Below are positions 33,029 through 38,110 of a stretch of 38,110 nt of DNA, piece after piece. Origin of the DNA: an uncultured bacterium (GTDB lineage: Bacteria > Hydrothermota > Hydrothermia > Hydrothermales > Hydrothermaceae); contig CAZUSI010000003.1 in the NCBI GenBank assembly GCA_964623395.1, forward strand, positions 1 to 38,110, in the 5' to 3' direction. Below the pieces are notes generated by a model. The model did no database searches and was not told where the DNA came from. It saw only the letters and a program-made list of their open reading frames with translations. How positions within the stretch are numbered: position 1 is the first letter of the stretch; each line of letters starts with the position of its first letter. Position numbers and translations under genes: made by a program.

Positions 33029-34750
33029 TTAAAATTCTGTTGTTATCCTTAAAACCTCCTCAACAGTTGTTATACCTTTTTTAATTTTAATTATACCATC
33101 TTCTCTTAATGTATGCATACCTTCTTCTCTTGCCTTCTCTCTTATCTCATCTGAAGAAGCACCTCTTAAAATAAGTTCTCTTAAACTCGGTGTTATTGGC
33201 ATAACCTCAAATATGCCTATTCTTCCTTTATAACCTGTTCTTCCACATTCTTGGCATCCCCTTCCTTTATAAAATTTCATATCCTTTAGAAATTCATCAG
33301 AAACTCCAAGTTCCTTTATTATTTTTTCATCATAGGAGGTTTCTTCAATACAATTTTTACATATTTTTCTAACAAGTCTTTGGGCCTGAATCAAAATCAC
33401 ACCAGAAGCAATTAAATAAGGTTTTATTCCAAGGTCAACAAGTCTATCAATTGTTGTTGGTGCATCATTTGTGTGAATTGTTGAAAAAACTAAATGCCCT
33501 GTTAAAGCTGCTCTTATTGCAATCTCTGCTGTTTCATGGTCTCTTATCTCACCAACAAGTATTACATCAGGAGATTGTCTTAAAAATGCTCTTAATGCCT
33601 CTGCAAAATCAAGACCAGCTTCTCTATTTACCTGAACCTGATTTATTCCCTCAATATTATACTCAACAGGGTCCTCAACTGTAATTATCTGTTTATCAGG
33701 AGTATTTATTGTAGATAAAGCAGAATATAAAGTTGTTGTCTTACCACTACCTGTTGGTCCTGTAACAAGGATTATCCCATAAGGTGAACGGATTGCCTTT
33801 TCAAACTTTTTAAGGTCCTCTTCTTCAAAACCAAGTTTTGTTAAATCAAGTTGAAGTCCTGATTTATCAAGAATCCTCATAACAACCTTTTCCCCATAAA
33901 CAGTCGGAATAACTGAAACTCTAAAATCTATAATTCTATTATCAATTCTCATATTTATTCTTCCATCCTGTGGTTTCCTTCTTTCTGCAATATCCATCTC
34001 AGAAAGCAATTTTATTCTTGAAACAATACCTGCTTTCATATGATAAGGGAGATTCATTACCTCTCGTAATACCCCATCAATTCTATATCTTATTCTTAAT
34101 GTTCTTTCATAAGGCTCAATATGAATATCTGATGCTCTTAATTTTACCGCCTGAAATATTATATGATTAACAATTTTTGTAATAGTTGTATCTTCACCAA
34201 GTTTTTTAAGGTCCTCTATTTTTTCCTCTTCAATTTCACCTTCTATAAATTCAAAATCCTCAACCGCTACCTTCAATTCGTCTTTCTCCTCTTCTTTTTT
34301 AACCTCTTTAATTATTGTTTCCATTTGAGGATAAAATTTTCTCAAAGCCTCATTTAAAGCAGATTCAAGGGCAATAGCAGGAGATACTTCAAGTCCTGTA
34401 GAGAACCTAATTTCATCTATTGCTATAATATTTGTAGGGTCAACCATTGCAAGGAAAAGAACATTACCCTTTCTTGCAAGTGGTAAAACTTGATATCTAT
34501 AGGCAGTTTCAGGAGGAACAAGTGAAAGAACATCTTCAGGAATTGTTTTAAGTGTTGAAAGGTCAACAGGTGGAACACCGAGTTGTTTTGCCAAGAATTT
34601 AACAAGTGTTTTTTCATCAATCACACCCATTTCAACGAGGGTTGAGCCAAGCCTTTTACCAGTTTCCTTCTGCCTTTTTAAAGCTTCTTCAAGGTCCTTT
34701 TCCTTTATAAGTCCTGCCTTTAAAAGCATTTCACCAATTCTAAGTGCCAT
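33029..34750 (-). CDS. pilB: Type IV pilus assembly ATPase PilB/MshE-type (GspE family) with N-terminal MshEN domain, copy 1
   Basis: Walker A GPTGSGKTTT, DVILVGEIRD, TGHLVFSTIHTN, tetra-Cys CKNC...CQEC, N-terminal double RLGxxLLxxGLI...Q motif. 573 aa. Confidence 0.92.
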   Translation of the reverse strand: MALRIGEMLLKAGLIKEKDLEEALKRQKETGKRLGSTLVEMGVIDEKTLVKFLAKQLGVPPVDLSTLKTIPEDVLSLVPPETAYRYQVLPLARKGNVLFLAMVDPTNIIAIDEIRFSTGLEVSPAIALESALNEALRKFYPQMETIIKEVKKEEEKDELKVAVEDFEFIEGEIEEEKIEDLKKLGEDTTITKIVNHIIFQAVKLRASDIHIEPYERTLRIRYRIDGVLREVMNLPYHMKAGIVSRIKLLSEMDIAERRKPQDGRINMRIDNRIIDFRVSVIPTVYGEKVVMRILDKSGLQLDLTKLGFEEEDLKKFEKAIRSPYGIILVTGPTGSGKTTTLYSALSTINTPDKQIITVEDPVEYNIEGINQVQVNREAGLDFAEALRAFLRQSPDVILVGEIRDHETAEIAIRAALTGHLVFSTIHTNDAPTTIDRLVDLGIKPYLIASGVILIQAQRLVRKICKNCIEETSYDEKIIKELGVSDEFLKDMKFYKGRGCQECGRTGYKGRIGIFEVMPITPSLRELILRGASSDEIREKAREEGMHTLREDGIIKIKKGITTVEEVLRITTEF

Positions 34751-34751
34751 A

Positions 34752-36563
34752 TTACTCTATTTTTGTTTCTTTTATAACTTCTTCAACTGTTGTAATTCCT
34801 GCTTTTATTTTTCTTATCCCTGATTCCCTTAATGTTATCATACCTTCTTCTATTGCTGCCTTTTCAATCACATGTGTTGGAGCTTTTTCAAGGATTAATT
34901 CCCTTATCCTTTTTGTACAAGGTAAAACCTCAAAAAGAGCAATTCTTCCTTTATAACCTGTCCCATGGCATGCTTTACAACCTGTTCCCTTATAAAATGT
35001 CACACCCCTAAAAACTTCATCAGGATTTGGAGATAATTCATATAAAATTGATTTTTCTGGCTGATAAGGTGTTTTACATTTTTCACATATTTTTCTAACA
35101 AGTCTTTGAGAACTAACAACAAGAAGTGTTGAAGCAATTAAAAATGGTTCTATTTCCATATTTATAAGCCTTGTAATTGTTGCAGCAGCAGTATTTGTAT
35201 GAACAGTTGAAAGAACTAAGTGTCCTGTAAGTGAAGCCCTTATAGCAATCTCTGCAGTTTCAAAATCCCTTATTTCACCAACCATAATTATATCAGGGTC
35301 CTGTCTTAAAAATGCCCTTAATCCTGACGCAAAGGTCATCCCAACCTCTTCTTTTACTTGAACCTGATTTATTCCCATAAGTGTAAATTCAACAGGATCT
35401 TCAACTGTTGAAATATTAACTTCAACTGAATTAAGTTCTGTTAATGCAGCATAAAGTGTAGTTGTTTTACCACATCCTGTTGGTCCTGTAACAAGAATTA
35501 TACCATTTGGACTTCTTATTGCTTTTCTGAAAAATTCAAGTGACTCTGGTTCAAAACCAAGTAAATCAAGTTTTAAAGGAATTTGTGTCCTATCTAAAAC
35601 TCTTATCGCAACCTTTTCCCCAAAAACTGTTGGAATGGTTGCTACTCTTAAATCAACCATTCTATCCCCCATTCTTACCCTTATTCTTCCATCCTGTGGC
35701 TTCCTTTTCTCCTCCAATTTCATCTTAGCCATTATCTTAATTCTTGCAACCATTGGAGGAGCAAATTTTTTTGGTTTTCTGAAAATTTCATGTAAAACAC
35801 CATCTATCCTATATCTAACCCTAACATCATTTTCATAGGGTTCAATATGAATATCAGATGCATTTCTTGCAACAGCATCAGATATTATCATGTTGACAAG
35901 TTTAACAATTGGACCACTCTCAATTTCAGCAGTAATATCACTTATTTCTTCCTCTTTAACTTGTGGTCCTTCCTTAATGATTTCATAAGATTCTATTAAA
36001 GCCTTTATTTCTTCATCCTCTATTAAAGCAGAACTTAAACTACTTTCAGAACTTTTTGAAATATCACCTTTACCAATAACTTCAATTTCACCTTCCTCAT
36101 AAGTTTTTGCAAGTTCTCCAATAATATCTTCAATTCCATAATATTTTTTAATTGCTTCTCTTATATTATCCTCAATTGAAACAACAGGAATAATATCAAG
36201 TCCTGTTACAAACTTAACATCTTCTATTGCAAATTGGTCAAGGGGATTAACCATTGCAAGGATTAAATTTTTTCCCTTTCTTGCAACAGGAACAACAAGA
36301 TATCTTGCAACTAAATCCTTTGGAAGAAGTTTGATAATATCTTCACTTATATTTTCAAGTTCTTTTTTAGTAGCAACAGGAACATTAAATTGTTTTGAGA
36401 GAACCTTTAATATGTCCTTTTCCTTTACAAGACCAAGTTCAAGTAATACTGAACCCAATCTTTTACCATTTTTCTTTTGATATTCAAGTGCTTTTTGAAG
36501 GTCTTCTTCCTTTAAAAGACCTTCTTCAATAAGCATTTCCCCTAATCTTTTTATTTTTTTCAT
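34752..36563 (-). CDS. pilB: Type IV pilus assembly ATPase PilB/MshE-type (GspE family) with N-terminal MshEN domain, copy 2
   Basis: Walker A GPTGCGKTTT, DIIMVGEIRD, TGHLVLSTVHTN, tetra-Cys CEKC...CKAC, N-terminal double MshEN motif. 603 aa. Confidence 0.92.
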   Translation of the reverse strand: MKKIKRLGEMLIEEGLLKEEDLQKALEYQKKNGKRLGSVLLELGLVKEKDILKVLSKQFNVPVATKKELENISEDIIKLLPKDLVARYLVVPVARKGKNLILAMVNPLDQFAIEDVKFVTGLDIIPVVSIEDNIREAIKKYYGIEDIIGELAKTYEEGEIEVIGKGDISKSSESSLSSALIEDEEIKALIESYEIIKEGPQVKEEEISDITAEIESGPIVKLVNMIISDAVARNASDIHIEPYENDVRVRYRIDGVLHEIFRKPKKFAPPMVARIKIMAKMKLEEKRKPQDGRIRVRMGDRMVDLRVATIPTVFGEKVAIRVLDRTQIPLKLDLLGFEPESLEFFRKAIRSPNGIILVTGPTGCGKTTTLYAALTELNSVEVNISTVEDPVEFTLMGINQVQVKEEVGMTFASGLRAFLRQDPDIIMVGEIRDFETAEIAIRASLTGHLVLSTVHTNTAAATITRLINMEIEPFLIASTLLVVSSQRLVRKICEKCKTPYQPEKSILYELSPNPDEVFRGVTFYKGTGCKACHGTGYKGRIALFEVLPCTKRIRELILEKAPTHVIEKAAIEEGMITLRESGIRKIKAGITTVEEVIKETKIE

Positions 36564-36572
36564 AAATTTTAA

Positions 36573-36601
36573 ATAATAAAGTATTTTAAAAAATTTGTCA
36601 A
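36573..36601 (-). promoter_or_regulatory. Sigma-70-type promoter candidate in front of pilB copy 2
   Basis: On the minus strand: TTGACA (36601-36596), 17-nt spacer, TATTAT (36578-36573). The ATG lies 9 nt downstream with no SD. Confidence 0.4.
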
Positions 36602-36611
36602 TAATCTTTTA

Positions 36612-37148
36612 TTAAAATTCATAATCAATTTTTCTTATTTTAAGTTTAATTTTTTCATCAAAATAGTTAAAATTTATCTCCTTAGGAAAATATTTTTCAA
36701 AATCCAAAAAATTTATACTCCCTTTTTCAAACAAAATTTTTTCTATTAAAAGTTCTTTATTAAAAACTATTATAAAATTCTCAATTTCAACTTCATAAAA
36801 TTTTTCACTCTCTTTTAAATTTAAAACCTTATATTTTTCAAAAAAAATTAAAGGATTAAAAAATAAATAAATTGCATCTTTTAAAAATTTATCATCAATA
36901 TCTTTTACAAAAAAAGGAGGAGAAAAAATTCTTATAAAAAAAGTATCTTTTTTAAAATTCAAAATAAAAAATCCCCTCATATAATTTGTTCCATAACTTT
37001 CAAAATCACCTTCTGCATAGATATATTTAATTTCCCTATTTTCATACTTATTCAAAATTATTTTTTTAAAATCATAAAAATTAATTTCCTTTTTATAAAC
37101 TCTTGCACATGAAAAAACTATTAAAAAAATTAAAAAAATTTTTCTCAT
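36612..37148 (-). CDS. Putative lipoprotein, function unknown
   Basis: Signal peptide with lipobox-like LIVFSC (MRKIFLIFLIVFSCARVY). 178 aa, beta-rich-looking. 4-nt overlap with pdxJ. Confidence 0.6.
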   Translation of the reverse strand: MRKIFLIFLIVFSCARVYKKEINFYDFKKIILNKYENREIKYIYAEGDFESYGTNYMRGFFILNFKKDTFFIRIFSPPFFVKDIDDKFLKDAIYLFFNPLIFFEKYKVLNLKESEKFYEVEIENFIIVFNKELLIEKILFEKGSINFLDFEKYFPKEINFNYFDEKIKLKIRKIDYEF

Positions 37149-37867
37149 TTTCTTTCAAGAATCCTTAAATATTCACTAACTGCTTTTGGGAGTCCAAAAA
37201 TAAGTGCATCAGAAATAAGTGCAAAACCTATTGAAACTTCTTCAATTTCTTCAATTTCAAGAATTCCATATAAATTTTTTCTTGAAAGGGCATGACCTGC
37301 TCTAACAATTAATCCCTTTTCCTTTGCAAATCTTGCTGCCTTTTTTAATCTCTCAATTTCCTTTTCCCTTCTTTTTCCTTTTGAAATTGCATAACTATTT
37401 GTATTAAGTTCAACAGCATCACAATTTGCTTCAAAACACTTTTCAATCTGTTCTATATCTGGTTCAACAAAAATGCTAACCTTTATTTTTTTTGATTTTA
37501 ATCTTTCAACTGCCTTTTTAACATTTTCAAAATTATTTATAACATCAAGTCCACCTTCTGTTGTAACTTCATTTTCCCTTTCAGGAACCAAAGTTACCCA
37601 ATCAGGTTTTATTTTTAATGCAAAATCTATCATTTCCTTTTCAAAACAAATTTCAATATTAAGTTCTCCCTTAATTATTTTTTTAAATTTCAAAATATCT
37701 TCCTCTTTTATATGTCTTCTATCAAGCCTTAAATGACATGTAATTCCAGAAGCACCATAATGTTCACAAATTATTGCAGCCACAGAAGGGTCAGGAAATT
37801 TTTCCTTTCTTGCTTCTCTTAAAGTTGCAATATGATCAACATTTACACTTAATTTTATAGGTTTCAT
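37145..37867 (-). CDS. pdxJ: Pyridoxine 5'-phosphate synthase
   Basis: Motifs LSVNVDHIATLREAR, GITCHLRLDRRHI, VTLVPE and EVSIGFALI. 240 aa. Confidence 0.93.
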   Translation of the reverse strand: MKPIKLSVNVDHIATLREARKEKFPDPSVAAIICEHYGASGITCHLRLDRRHIKEEDILKFKKIIKGELNIEICFEKEMIDFALKIKPDWVTLVPERENEVTTEGGLDVINNFENVKKAVERLKSKKIKVSIFVEPDIEQIEKCFEANCDAVELNTNSYAISKGKRREKEIERLKKAARFAKEKGLIVRAGHALSRKNLYGILEIEEIEEVSIGFALISDALIFGLPKAVSEYLRILERK

Positions 37868-37889
37868 ATTTTAATTATAATTTTTTTGT

Positions 37890-37926
37890 TTGCAATTTTG
37901 CAATTGATATTTGCAGTTTTGCAATT
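37890..37926. repeat. Four TTGCA[A/G]TT octamers arranged as two adjacent pairs with 21-bp phasing
   Basis: TTGCAATT at 37890, 37898 and 37919; TTGCAGTT at 37911. The TTGCAA core is self-complementary. Located in the pdxJ/pilin divergent intergenic region. Confidence 0.7.
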
Positions 37927-38018
37927 AAAATCATTAAAATTTAATTGTAAATTAATGATAAAATTTTTGGCATATTTTTTTCATATAATAAAGTAGAAAA
38001 AGTGAAAGGAGGTGAAAG

Positions 38019-38110
38019 ATGAAAGCAATAAATAAAAGCAAAAAGGGGTTCACATTGATTGAACTCCTAATAGTGGTCGTAATCATAGGTATTCTTGCAG
38101 CAATAGCAAT
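38019..38110 (+). CDS. Type IV pilin / pseudopilin, N-terminal fragment (runs off the window)
   Basis: AGGAGG at 38007-38012 and ATG at 38019. MKAINKSKKG/FTLIELLIVVVIIGILAAIA is the prepilin peptidase cleavage/methylation motif. Confidence 0.88.
   Translation, partial: MKAINKSKKGFTLIELLIVVVIIGILAAIA

Noticed and set aside
37967-37989. Sigma-70 reading of the pilin promoter (TTGGCA ... TATAAT)
   Set aside because: The two hexamers are only 11 nt apart, far from the 16-18 nt optimum. The TATAAT may still act with another -35 or as an extended -10, so the promoter class is left open.

Overview
This is a visibly AT-rich, extremely gene-dense bacterial chromosomal segment; most neighbouring genes overlap or sit less than 20 nt apart. 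I saw no rRNA, CRISPR array, transposase, integrase or prophage signature. Nearly all products are recognisable. On the + strand: a secreted S8 peptidase, accC, two tRNA-Met(CAT) genes (one elongator-type, one initiator-type), trxA-gatCAB, a Clp/Hsp100 chaperone and a truncated type IV pilin gene at the right edge. On the - strand: folP; a signalling operon (RCK/TrkA protein, TPR protein, cytoplasmic multi-GAF/PAS histidine kinase, REC-HD-GYP phosphodiesterase, CheY-like REC); queA; the str operon plus the first five S10-operon genes (rpsL-rpsG-fusA-tuf-rpsJ-rplC-rplD-rplW-rplB); a Memo-like gene behind tRNA-Lys; and an ~11.5 kb head-to-tail string pdxJ-lipoprotein-pilB-pilB-pilT-orphan 737-aa gene-GGDEF-ligA-NMNAT. 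The most interesting part is the type IV pilus motor cluster. Both tandem PilB-type ATPases carry textbook double MshEN (c-di-GMP receptor) motifs. They are followed by pilT, then by a tightly coupled 737-aa protein of unknown family whose C-terminal third reads like a diverged class III nucleotidyl cyclase, then by a GGDEF cyclase. Other oddities are a subtilase split by a ~330-aa Asp-box-containing insert, an EF-Tu with a Cys4 cluster and a non-canonical switch I, a Memo-like enzyme with a PqqD-like N-terminal domain, an S10 operon that stops after rplB, and a phased TTGCAA array upstream of the pilin gene. All calls come from reading the sequence and the ORF translations. No database search, HMM or folding was run. 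A T9SS-type C-terminal domain hints at an FCB-group-like uncultured lineage, but that is inference only.
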